NCBI GenBank assembly: GCA_041659405.1
Contig: JBAZYK010000009.1
Location: 47,107-79,106 of the forward strand
DNA length: 32,000 nt
Source of the DNA: Candidatus Altimarinota bacterium
Lineage (GTDB): Bacteria; Patescibacteriota; Gracilibacteria; UBA1369
Reading direction: 5' to 3'
In this document: positions 18,504 through 26,131 of the stretch, one piece after another
Layout of the letters: each line of letters begins with the position of its first letter
How positions within the stretch are numbered: position 1 is the first letter of the stretch
Notes under the pieces: generated by a model
What the model was told of the DNA's origin: nothing
The model's input: the letters and a program-made list of their open reading frames with translations, nothing else
Databases searched by the model: none
Position numbers and translations under genes: made by a program

Positions 18504-19442
18504 TCATTGTGGAGTATCGCCACCCTTATCTAACACGACCCATCCGCCACTTGATACAACTTTGCGTGTAAAACCGCCTTCACGGCAGCCGGCATAAGTA
18601 TAGTAACCACCAACTTTAGTCCAAGTAGGAGTTGTACAAACATTTTTATCGGTAACTTTTCCAAGCGGAGCCTTGCATTCACCAACATCTATCATCATTA
18701 CTGGTAAATCCGGATCAGTTGGGGTGCTACTTGCGATTGTTTGTTTGCAGTCAGTGCGCTTTACACCCTCAAGTCCTTTAATAAGTTTGTTTCTAAAACT
18801 ATCAATTTCCTTTGCTACCTGGGCTGGAACTGGAGTTCCTATAACAGCTGAAGTTAATTGCTTTATTGTAGCCATACCTTCTGCAGAAGGAAGTCCAATA
18901 GCTTCTTTCAATCCTCCGGCCGTATTGATATAAACTCCAAAATTACCCGTCTTGTCACCTGTTGCATTCATACAAGAAGCAAGAGTATGGGACATAATAT
19001 CACCTTTTTCTACAGATTCGAATTGAGGATTGCGACAATCTTGTTTTCTTTCTATGTTTATAACAATTGGCAATGATGGACAATTAATAGTACTCGTAAT
19101 TGAAGCTCCCATATCCGGTTTTGTTGGCATAGCGCCACCACTTTTAACCGTGCAAGTTGTCGGGTCAAATGCTTTCAATCCTTCTAACGCCGATGCTTGA
19201 AGGTCAGAAATATCAGCCCAAAATTCATCAGTTACAGGTTTACCGGCATTAGCTTGGACTCCAGTCTTTGCTGATGCAGTTTTAGCCTCTTGTGATTTTG
19301 TTCCACGTCTTAAAGAATTTGAATGAGTTGCGCAACCCACATTTGCGGCACCTGTAACCAAAGCAAGCCCTAAAGCCCCTGCTCTTGCTAATTTACTTAA
19401 TCCGCTTGGTGCTTCATCCGTTGAGTGTCTATCTAATGACAT
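18504..19442 (-). CDS. secreted or lipid-anchored Cys-rich hypothetical protein (312 aa)
   Basis: N-terminal hydrophobic signal LARAGALGLALVTGAANVGC with a non-canonical lipobox, followed by 8 further Cys spread through the mature part. No family recognised. Confidence 0.7.
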   Translation of the reverse strand: MSLDRHSTDEAPSGLSKLARAGALGLALVTGAANVGCATHSNSLRRGTKSQEAKTASAKTGVQANAGKPVTDEFWADISDLQASALEGLKAFDPTTCTVKSGGAMPTKPDMGASITSTINCPSLPIVINIERKQDCRNPQFESVEKGDIMSHTLASCMNATGDKTGNFGVYINTAGGLKEAIGLPSAEGMATIKQLTSAVIGTPVPAQVAKEIDSFRNKLIKGLEGVKRTDCKQTIASSTPTDPDLPVMMIDVGECKAPLGKVTDKNVCTTPTWTKVGGYYTYAGCREGGFTRKVVSSGGWVVLDKGGDTPQ

Positions 19443-19549
19443 AATTTAATTGTTAATTAACAAAGGGACGAACTATAAACAAAAATCCCGATTATGTCAA
19501 TAGGCATTTTTGACAAAACGCAAAAACCTCATGATTTTGCATAAGTTCA

Positions 19550-19635
<86 letters not shown>

Positions 19636-19676
19636 AAACGTATCTGAAACACCTTATTTAAAAAAGGTGCAAAAGG

Positions 19677-19704
19677 ATTATAGCGAAATTGGCCCTGAAG
19701 GCAA
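19677..19704 (-). promoter_or_regulatory. candidate sigma70-type promoter for tRNA-Tyr
   Basis: On the minus strand: TTGCCT, 16 nt, then TATAAT (19682..19677), about 42 nt upstream of the tRNA 5' end. Confidence 0.35.
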
Positions 19705-19765
19705 ATAAAGTTTTTTTCAGCCTCATTTTTTTTTGGATCATGATCCCCCGTTTTCTTATTCCTTT

Positions 19766-20884
19766 TCAGGAAGCCTCTGCCTCAGAGTTAAACTTCAGCA
19801 AAGCCTGAATTTTCGCAGCAGTATCCCTTGCTTGCCTTACTTTTACGCCGAGTGCGGCATAGGTTGGTGGACTTAATTTCCCGTCAGGGGCAATGGTAAG
19901 ACTGGCCAAAAACGTCCTGAAAAGACCGGATTTGGCACTGGCCCCATCATCCGATTCCCTTTTTTTAGCTATTTCTTCCTGCGCTTGTTTTTCTGAAGCC
20001 CGAACAGTTCCTAAAAGCCTTCTAACTGCCTGATCTGAAGTATGTCCCGCAAGCCATTTTGCATTCGGTCCAAAAATTTCTTCGGCAACCACACCAAAAC
20101 CAGCAGCAGTAACTACCATTTCCAATAAGAGAACATGAAAAAGCTCTTCTGCATCCGGATTTTTTCCTAACTTAAAAGTGTCAATCTTCCTGGCCACTGC
20201 GTGTAATTGCTCCGCGGCAGTTTGGTGTGCTTTAGTTTGGTTGGCAGTACTTTCAGCCGCAGAAGCAAGCCCAATCCCGGTGACATCGATTCCAGCCCTA
20301 ACATAGTTCTCAACTGCCACATAAACTTCCAACATTCTTGTTGGATCCGCCAGTGCAGCTTCGGTGGTGATAGCTGAAAACCTTTCAAGTAATGCCGGGT
20401 CCGGGCCGGTAATATCTGCAGAGCCCACTGCCGGAAAGCCACCTAAATCCAAATGAGTCAGTTCCGCTCCGGCAGTAGCAAGCATGTCTCTTATTATCGC
20501 TGTATTTGCCGGAACCAGGGCGGGTAATCCGGTTTCCGGGTCAGGTTCAAGTGAAGCTTTTTTTAAACTACGCATCATTCTTCCCAGCTGATCTAAAATT
20601 CTCTGATACACAGATATTAAATTTGCTATCCTAAGAAGCACCTCCGGTTGCGCGAATACTTTTTCTGCGACCCCATTATGTGGGCTATCTTCAAGCATTT
20701 CCAAAAAACCATCTATTTGTTTATTTGCCTCCTCTACAGCCGCAATGTCACCTTTTTTAAGACGCAGAGTGGCTCCATGTGCAAGGCTCTCAAGTTCCGC
20801 AAGGTGCGCCCCGCCGTCACCTTTTTTAATTATTTTTCCACCCTTGTTATCATCATCTTCTCCACCTTCACTTGGTCCAGACAT
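19766..20884 (-). CDS. hypothetical Ala-rich helical protein (372 aa), ORFan
   Basis: Long ORF. The track start at 20890 is TTG, so I prefer ATG 20884 (MSGPSEGGEDDD...). Sampled lines appear more GC-rich (50-55%) than neighbours. No family recognised. Confidence 0.7.
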   Translation of the reverse strand: MSGPSEGGEDDDNKGGKIIKKGDGGAHLAELESLAHGATLRLKKGDIAAVEEANKQIDGFLEMLEDSPHNGVAEKVFAQPEVLLRIANLISVYQRILDQLGRMMRSLKKASLEPDPETGLPALVPANTAIIRDMLATAGAELTHLDLGGFPAVGSADITGPDPALLERFSAITTEAALADPTRMLEVYVAVENYVRAGIDVTGIGLASAAESTANQTKAHQTAAEQLHAVARKIDTFKLGKNPDAEELFHVLLLEMVVTAAGFGVVAEEIFGPNAKWLAGHTSDQAVRRLLGTVRASEKQAQEEIAKKRESDDGASAKSGLFRTFLASLTIAPDGKLSPPTYAALGVKVRQARDTAAKIQALLKFNSEAEAS

Positions 20885-20951
20885 AAGCAATAAATTAAAA
20901 TAAGCTGCGGGATTTTACAAAGCTTTAAAACAATAATCAAGTAATAACCAA

Positions 20952-20980
20952 TTGCCTTCTTGGCTTTAATATCCTAAAAT
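20952..20980 (+). promoter_or_regulatory. candidate promoter giving a leaderless mRNA for 20987..21427
   Basis: TTGCCT (20952-57), 17 nt, then TAAAAT (20975-80). The ATG at 20987 begins 7 nt after the -10 hexamer and there is no Shine-Dalgarno sequence. Confidence 0.35.
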
Positions 20981-20986
20981 AGACCT

Positions 20987-21427
20987 ATGACCCACGAATT
21001 TGTACCAGCATTACCATCAGATGAAGACTCTGGAATCGTATTAAGGAAACCTCAATTCAGAGGCGATACTACGCATGTTTTTTCGCCAGATGGAACTGAA
21101 ATTATCCAAGCACCACAAGCAGATCCCGAAGTTGATAAATTTTTACAAACAATTGCTGGATTACCCGATGAAGCACAAGCAGCCGCCTTCGCCGAGCTTC
21201 AACAAGCAAATAATCCCTTGTCCCAAAAAGTGCAGGCTCGCATGAGGGGAGAAAACGAAGTTTCAAAAAAAGCTGCTGCCGAGGCTATGAGCAAAGGAAG
21301 TGAAGCTCGCAGTGACAATATGGATGTAACTAGAGCCTTAATTGCCGGACAATGCGCCGCCGCCGCACAATTTGCTCAGCCAAGTGGCAATGATACAAGT
21401 GCTGCAATTATCAAAAAATCCGCCTAA
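20987..21427 (+). CDS. hypothetical acidic/Ala-rich protein (146 aa)
   Basis: The ORF contains FLQTIAGLPDEAQAAAFAELQ, reminiscent of the ANLP..Q motif in 483..827 and 1245..1607. Confidence 0.55.
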   Translation: MTHEFVPALPSDEDSGIVLRKPQFRGDTTHVFSPDGTEIIQAPQADPEVDKFLQTIAGLPDEAQAAAFAELQQANNPLSQKVQARMRGENEVSKKAAAEAMSKGSEARSDNMDVTRALIAGQCAAAAQFAQPSGNDTSAAIIKKSA

Positions 21428-21454
21428 TCAAATTTGTAGCAAATGCGCTCCAAA

Positions 21455-21850
21455 TTATTTTTCAGGAAAAAATAATTTTCCATCCGGCAACGGCATTGGA
21501 ATGCTTGCGTTCACAATGCGTCCATGAATTGCACGAACATCCACCTGGATTCTTTCTAGAATTTCTGCATCTTTTTTAGCCCCCTCCTCAGTAAGTTGTA
21601 GCCTCAAAGATTTAGATTCCTTGCCTGCGGGAGCAGCGTGAACCAGTAGTCCATTAAGAAACTCTCCGACGGCCAAGCGGTCTTCGTCTGGGAGTGTTTC
21701 CATGTCAATGCCTGCAGCTTTAAGCGCTGTTTCAATAGGTATTTTTTGAGCCCTCTTTGAGGAGCCAACCGTACCAATTACAACAAGAAGTCTTTCCACG
21801 GGAGTAAGCTTATCAAAGTTGCCTGCTTCGTTTGTAGATGTTTCTGCCAT
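21455..21850 (-). CDS. hypothetical protein (131 aa), possibly winged-helix-like
   Basis: ORF only. The helix-helix-helix-wing impression (LTPVERLLVVIG ... IPIETALKAAGI ... RLAVGEFLNGLLV ... SLRLQLTEEG) is weak and unverified. Confidence 0.55.
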   Translation of the reverse strand: MAETSTNEAGNFDKLTPVERLLVVIGTVGSSKRAQKIPIETALKAAGIDMETLPDEDRLAVGEFLNGLLVHAAPAGKESKSLRLQLTEEGAKKDAEILERIQVDVRAIHGRIVNASIPMPLPDGKLFFPEK

Positions 21851-21936
21851 AAAACTAACAATAATAAATTAACAATAGTATTATCGCACATATTACACGC
21901 TGGGTCAATCAACACTAGACGAACGAAAATTATAGT

Positions 21937-22812
21937 TTAATTGGCTTTTTCCAAATATTCCCTTGAAGCATCATCTACCTGAAAAGTTTTCAAAGCTTCC
22001 AGTAATACCTCAAGCGGCTTTTTGCCATTAAAAATTTCTGCAAATTTTGCTGGCTCTCCTGCTCTGCAACAATCAATCGGTTGCCTATTTAAGTAAATTT
22101 CCCAATCTCTCAAACCATTCCATCCTTTATTTCTTTCGGTTGGTTGCCTGCCAGAAGCCGTATTATCAAATCCGACATCAAGGCTATCCATAGCCTTAAT
22201 TGTCAATGATACGCCTCCATGGCTACTGCAATTTTTTGATACCGCAAACTGATTTCCTCCAATTTGAGATGTGCCATTTATTCGATATCCATTTGTAAAC
22301 AATCGCTCAAATAAGCCATTTATTTCTCTTGTAATGGCCAAGTCATGTTCTCGTTTTTCACGTTTAGCGGGATCAAAATGATTATCAGCATTTCGGGACA
22401 CATCATCAAAATCAGCCAAAAGCATAGCAGCTAAAACCATGATTTGTTCTCTTGTAAAACCAATTCTTTCCGCAATTTTAGGAAATTGCTCATCTTGCAA
22501 ACCTACTTGTTCAATTTCAAGTACTGACATTTCAACAGATTCATTGCCAATAATAGGAAATCCTTTGCTCTCTCCATCTGGAAAATGAATGATTAAAAGA
22601 TCATGAAGTCGTTCAGCAATCGAACCTTTCGGAATATTTACTTCATTTTTATTATTATCAAGCAATTTTAGGTCTTCCTGTATTAAAAATCGAAGTTTTG
22701 GATGAGCGACATGCCCAAATTTATCTTTTTGCTCAGTCATGAACATTTCTGGCAAATCAGCAACTGAATATATTTTAGCTTGTTTTGGACCTTCTGCGGC
22801 TGAAGATTCCAT
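21937..22812 (-). CDS. hypothetical protein (291 aa; 300 aa if started at 22839), ORFan
   Basis: Long ORF. I prefer ATG 22812 (MESSAAEGPKQ...) because the nine upstream codons are extremely AT-rich. No family recognised. Confidence 0.68.
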   Translation of the reverse strand: MESSAAEGPKQAKIYSVADLPEMFMTEQKDKFGHVAHPKLRFLIQEDLKLLDNNKNEVNIPKGSIAERLHDLLIIHFPDGESKGFPIIGNESVEMSVLEIEQVGLQDEQFPKIAERIGFTREQIMVLAAMLLADFDDVSRNADNHFDPAKREKREHDLAITREINGLFERLFTNGYRINGTSQIGGNQFAVSKNCSSHGGVSLTIKAMDSLDVGFDNTASGRQPTERNKGWNGLRDWEIYLNRQPIDCCRAGEPAKFAEIFNGKKPLEVLLEALKTFQVDDASREYLEKAN

Positions 22813-22877
22813 AAATAAAAATTTAAAAATAGACCACATCTTAGCTTCGTGACTTTCTAACTGTCAAATTAAAAACC

Positions 22878-23178
22878 CATAAACGAGAAATACTCTAACC
22901 AAATCGACCCAGCCCAATTGTGGTTTTGTCTTTTGATATACAAAAAATCATTCTAAAAAAAACATGAGCGAGAAATACTCTGAGCAAATTGAGGAATTTT
23001 CTTTTGATATACAATAAAACATTCCAAAAATTGTCATGAGCAAAATGAGGAAATCCAGATTTTGGGTCTTGTGGGTCCCAAGATTTGGATTTCCGATTAA
23101 CGCGAATGATAATTTTTGGAATTCACTATAGGGAAAAAGTTCCCAAAAGAAAAAAACCGCCAGGTTTTGTCTTTTGAT
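22878..23178. repeat. degenerate tandem duplications (units of about 85 and 72 bp) of the tRNA-Thr 3'-flanking sequence
   Basis: Repeated blocks: CGAGAAATACTCT at 22884-96 and 22969-81; CATGAGC at 22963-69 and 23035-41; TCTTTTGATATACAA at 22929-43 and 23000-14; GGTTTTGTCTTTTGAT at 22922-37 and 23163-78. The last copy ends 6 nt from the tRNA-Thr CCA end. Confidence 0.65.
23049..23094 (+). repeat. long imperfect inverted repeat / 18-bp RNA hairpin (two G-U pairs when read on the + strand)
   Basis: GGAAATCCAGATTTTGGG, a 10-nt loop, then CCCAAGATTTGGATTTCC. Paired manually, with 16 Watson-Crick and 2 wobble pairs. Confidence 0.5.
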
Positions 23179-23184
23179 TATTCA

Positions 23185-23260
23185 TGGAGCCACCTGTCGG
23201 ATTCGAACCGACGACCCACTGTTTACAAAACAGTTGCTCTACCAGCTGAGCTAAGGTGGC
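23185..23260 (-). tRNA. tRNA-Thr (anticodon TGT), CCA encoded
   Basis: Manual fold: GCCACCT-TA-GCTC-AGCTGGTA-GAGC-A-ACTGT-TTTGTAA-ACAGT-GGGTC-GTCGG-TTCGAAT-CCGAC-AGGTGGC-T-CCA. Confidence 0.92.
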
Positions 23261-23511
23261 TCACGCTTGAAACCTATTCTATTCAGATAATTACTTCTGA
23301 ATGCTGGTAATAACTTCTCCCAAAAATGGGCAAAGAGATGATAGGTTAACACATCATAACTGTCAAATAGAATGACTATTTAAAAAATATCATTCATGTA
23401 GATGTGCTTTTTCAGCGCTTTTTAAAGCTCCATTTCTTGTGCATTAACACTTTTTGTAATACTCTTTTACCACAGCCGTTTTATCAATCGATTACCAATT
23501 AATATTTATTT

Positions 23512-24315
23512 ATGAAAAACACAGCCAAGATCTTCTTAATGTCCGGTTTTATTGCGATTTTTCTTACAGGTTGCAGTAACGTCACAACCGATCAATCGGG
23601 CGCAAATCAAACACTTTCCAAGCAAGCTCAAAGCAAAACCGAAACATCTGTTATTCCTCAGACTCCGGCTCCGGTGGTAACCCAGGCACCATCTACGGAA
23701 ATAAATCCAAATGCAAAATATGAAGTTTCATTAAATAAAGATAATACCAAGTTTATCGTCACTAAAGACGGTAAAGACTTTGTAACGGGCAATGTTTCCG
23801 GAATTATGCCCGGAACCAATGGAGATGAAGAAGTGGCAATTCTAAAGCAAACGCCAAAAAATCTTTATGTACAAACTTGCGCAACCGGTTTTGGTGGCTA
23901 TATTTTATACAAATTTTGTTATGGATCAGTTTACAAGGTGGACTTAAGTACTGCTGCGGTTACTGACTATAAACTTGCGCATGTTTTGGATATTTCCGAT
24001 GATGAAACCATGGCTGCCTCGGTCGATATCAGCAAAAAAAAGATAATCATAACCAATCTTTCTACCAAAACCTCTTCGACCTTTGAGGTTGACTCAAAAT
24101 TCAACCAGTTTGGTGATATGAAGTTTTCACCTAAGAGTGATAAATTTGCTTATGCTGCTGCGGTAGGTGAACCGGGAGCTGAATCAGGTGTGGTTATTTC
24201 TGTTGATCTTAAGAGCAAAAAACAAACCCAGGTCGCAAAGACAAAGGGCTCAGATAATTACTTCAAGGTATTGGGTTGGAAAGATAATAACACCGTAGAT
24301 TACAAAGAAGTTTAA
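23512..24315 (+). CDS. lipoprotein of unknown function (267 aa)
   Basis: Signal peptide with a canonical lipobox: MKNTAKIFLMSGFIAIFLTGC-S. The mature part is beta-rich in appearance. Confidence 0.8.
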   Translation: MKNTAKIFLMSGFIAIFLTGCSNVTTDQSGANQTLSKQAQSKTETSVIPQTPAPVVTQAPSTEINPNAKYEVSLNKDNTKFIVTKDGKDFVTGNVSGIMPGTNGDEEVAILKQTPKNLYVQTCATGFGGYILYKFCYGSVYKVDLSTAAVTDYKLAHVLDISDDETMAASVDISKKKIIITNLSTKTSSTFEVDSKFNQFGDMKFSPKSDKFAYAAAVGEPGAESGVVISVDLKSKKQTQVAKTKGSDNYFKVLGWKDNNTVDYKEV

Positions 24316-24342
24316 AGCGGAAGCACATCAAACGCATACACA

Positions 24343-25470
24343 ATGCCAATTATGAACACAAACGGAGCCGGTTCGGCTGTTTCTAGGGAACTTCTGGAGA
24401 AGTTTCCAAATATTGAAGCAAGCAAACCACTCGCACCGCTTAACACCATGCATATTGGTGGTCCGGCTGATCTTTATTACAAACTCACCAATATTGATGA
24501 GTTACCGGAACTGCTTCAGGAAGCCCATAAACTCCAAATCCCCTACTTCATTTTAGGCGGCGGCAGTAACACCGTTTTTGCCGATGAGGGCTTTCGTGGC
24601 CTGGTTATCCACCTTCAAGCCAAAAATATTGCACTGGAACCGGTCGCCACCGGCGAACAGCCGGATTCAACTTTTGCGAATCCTCAATCTGTGCCCGGGC
24701 ACAGCCAAGGGTCTCCCAAATCCAGTCTCCCAAATCCAGTCTCCCAAATCCTATCTCCAAAGTCCCACCTCCTGACCGCCGAATCCGGCGCTTCGTTGTC
24801 TCAAGTTATTCAATTCGCCCTTAAAAACAACCTTATTGGTATGGAAAAACTTATGGGGATACCGGGCACAATTGGCGGAGCAGTGCGTGGAAATGCCGGT
24901 GCGTTTGGCGTAGAAATCAAAGATCTCTTCCAGAAAGCACTAATTTATTCTCCTAAGACGGTCGATATTGACGCGCAAAATCGCCTTCCCCAAGCCATTC
25001 GTGAGGTCGATTCGCAGTATCTTGATTTCAGCTATCGCAACTCCAAAATTAAAAAATCGTCCGAAATTATTTTAAAAGTCTATTTTAAATTGCATTCGGC
25101 TGATTCGGAAACTATCAAAAAGGCAATGGATGAAACTGCTGATATTCTTAAAAACCGCGTAAGTAAGCAGCCAAAAGGTTATTCTACGGGCTCGATTTTT
25201 AAAAATCCCGGAGGTAGTCCAAGTGATCCAACCGGCCAAGATCCAAAACTAAAAGCCGGTTATTTATTGGAACAGGTTGGTGCCAAAGGCCTACAGGTGG
25301 GCCAAATCAAAGTATCCGACCAGCACGCCAACTGGTTCCTAAACCTTGGTGGAGGCACTCAAAAGGACTTAATCCAGCTTTGCGGAATCCTTAAAGCTAA
25401 GGTAAAAGAACGTTTTAATGTAGATCTTGAGCCGGAAATTCAGCTTGTTTCTGCGGAGAATGCTGTCTAA
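24343..25470 (+). CDS. murB: UDP-N-acetylenolpyruvoylglucosamine reductase with ~43-aa low-complexity insertion
   Basis: Motifs PLAPLNTMHIGGPADLYY, ILGGGSNTVFADEGFRGLVI, GIPGTIGGAVRGNAGAFG, GSIFKNP and QHANWFLN. The insertion PVATGEQPDSTFANPQSVPGHSQGSPKSSLPNPVSQILSPKSH lies within the FAD-binding domain. Confidence 0.9.
   Translation: MPIMNTNGAGSAVSRELLEKFPNIEASKPLAPLNTMHIGGPADLYYKLTNIDELPELLQEAHKLQIPYFILGGGSNTVFADEGFRGLVIHLQAKNIALEPVATGEQPDSTFANPQSVPGHSQGSPKSSLPNPVSQILSPKSHLLTAESGASLSQVIQFALKNNLIGMEKLMGIPGTIGGAVRGNAGAFGVEIKDLFQKALIYSPKTVDIDAQNRLPQAIREVDSQYLDFSYRNSKIKKSSEIILKVYFKLHSADSETIKKAMDETADILKNRVSKQPKGYSTGSIFKNPGGSPSDPTGQDPKLKAGYLLEQVGAKGLQVGQIKVSDQHANWFLNLGGGTQKDLIQLCGILKAKVKERFNVDLEPEIQLVSAENAV
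24711..24766 (+). repeat. 14-bp tandem repeat GTCTCCCAAATCCA: 2 perfect copies, a third with 1 mismatch, and 1 degenerate copy, inside murB
   Basis: Copies at 24711-24, 24725-38 and 24739-52 (last base differs), with a degenerate copy at 24753-66. They are translated in three different frames as SPKS / (S)LPNP / VSQI. Confidence 0.9.
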
Positions 25471-25571
25471 CTAACGCTTATTTTTGTCTTCTGAAAGCCA
25501 AAAAAAGCTTATTCCTAAATTACCCAACACTTTTAAGGTCCGGCAATTCATTAAAATTGTCTTAACACCGA

Positions 25572-25600
25572 TTGCGTTATAAGCTGCTTTTTGGTATACT
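25572..25600 (+). promoter_or_regulatory. candidate sigma70 promoter with extended -10 upstream of the pilin-like gene
   Basis: TTGCGT (25572-77), 17 nt, then TGgTATACT (25592-25600), about 35 nt upstream of ATG 25635. Confidence 0.45.
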
Positions 25601-25634
25601 GATCTGAAGTATAAAAATTCTAACCAATAAAAAT

Positions 25635-26039
25635 ATGCAAAAAATGCTTACAAAGACCAATATCAAGAAAGTAGCAGTAACGCTGCTCATGACGCTCGTT
25701 CTAATGATGTCCACAGTGATGTCAGTAGGCGCTCAAGACGGATTCGGTATTACAGGTGCCTCTCCAGCCGCAGTCACATCTTCTACAGGTGGTCAGGGGA
25801 GTCTCCGTCAGTTAGCTTTAACAATCGTAAACTTTGCTCTAACATTCCTTGGCTTAATCGCCGTTATAATGATTATCTATGGAGGTTTCCTTTATGTGAC
25901 AGCCGCTGGTAAGGAAGACAAGGTTGAAACAGGCAAAAAGATCATTATGTATTCAATTATGGGTATCGTGATCATCTTGTTATCATTCGCCATCGTCAAC
26001 ACTGTTCTTACAGCAGGTACAGGCGCTACAACAGGCTAA
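25635..26039 (+). CDS. small secreted two-TM membrane protein resembling TrbC/VirB2-type (T4SS) pilin-like proteins common in CPR genomes
   Basis: Signal peptide ending VGAQD, then a hydrophobic helix, YGGFLYVTAAGKEDKVETGKK, and a second hydrophobic helix. This is the architecture and motif of VirB2/TrbC-like pilins as I recall them. Confidence 0.65.
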   Translation: MQKMLTKTNIKKVAVTLLMTLVLMMSTVMSVGAQDGFGITGASPAAVTSSTGGQGSLRQLALTIVNFALTFLGLIAVIMIIYGGFLYVTAAGKEDKVETGKKIIMYSIMGIVIILLSFAIVNTVLTAGTGATTG

Positions 26040-26066
26040 TCGCAAGCGAGAAAAACTATCAACAAC

Positions 26067-26100
26067 AAAAAGCCCCTTCTATAAAAAAGGGGCTTTTTTA
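26067..26100. terminator. bidirectional rho-independent terminator between convergent genes
   Basis: AAAA-AGCCCCTT-CTATAAAA-AAGGGGCT-TTTTT. The 8-bp stem pairs 26071-78 with 26087-94. Confidence 0.72.
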
Positions 26101-26131
26101 GTACCGATTTAATAAATAATTTATAAATCGT

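Noticed and set aside
18504-18650. Diversity-generating-retroelement variable region at the Gly-rich C-terminus of the Cys-rich secreted protein
   Set aside because: The window contains no reverse transcriptase and no template-repeat copy of this segment. The sequence does not match the lectin-fold VR pattern.
22878-23131. Mini-ORFs inside the tRNA-Thr flank repeats (for example MSEKYSEQIEEFSFDIQ at 22964-23017 and a 31-codon ORF at 23036-23131)
   Set aside because: The repeat copies differ by indels that shift the frame and the first copy lacks a start codon, so conservation is at the nucleotide level rather than the protein level.
22878-23178. CRISPR array, considered here and at 31559-31751
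   Set aside because: There are only 2-3 degenerate copies of unequal length, no regular repeat-spacer periodicity and no cas genes.
23116-23310. 64-aa plus-strand ORF
   Set aside because: It is the antisense read-through of tRNA-Thr (23185-23260) and is not a plausible gene.
22858-23368. 12-nt direct repeat TAACTGTCAAAT at 22858 and 23357, flanking tRNA-Thr
   Set aside because: Dozens of 12-mer coincidences are expected by chance in 32 kb of AT-rich sequence, and there is no supporting structure.
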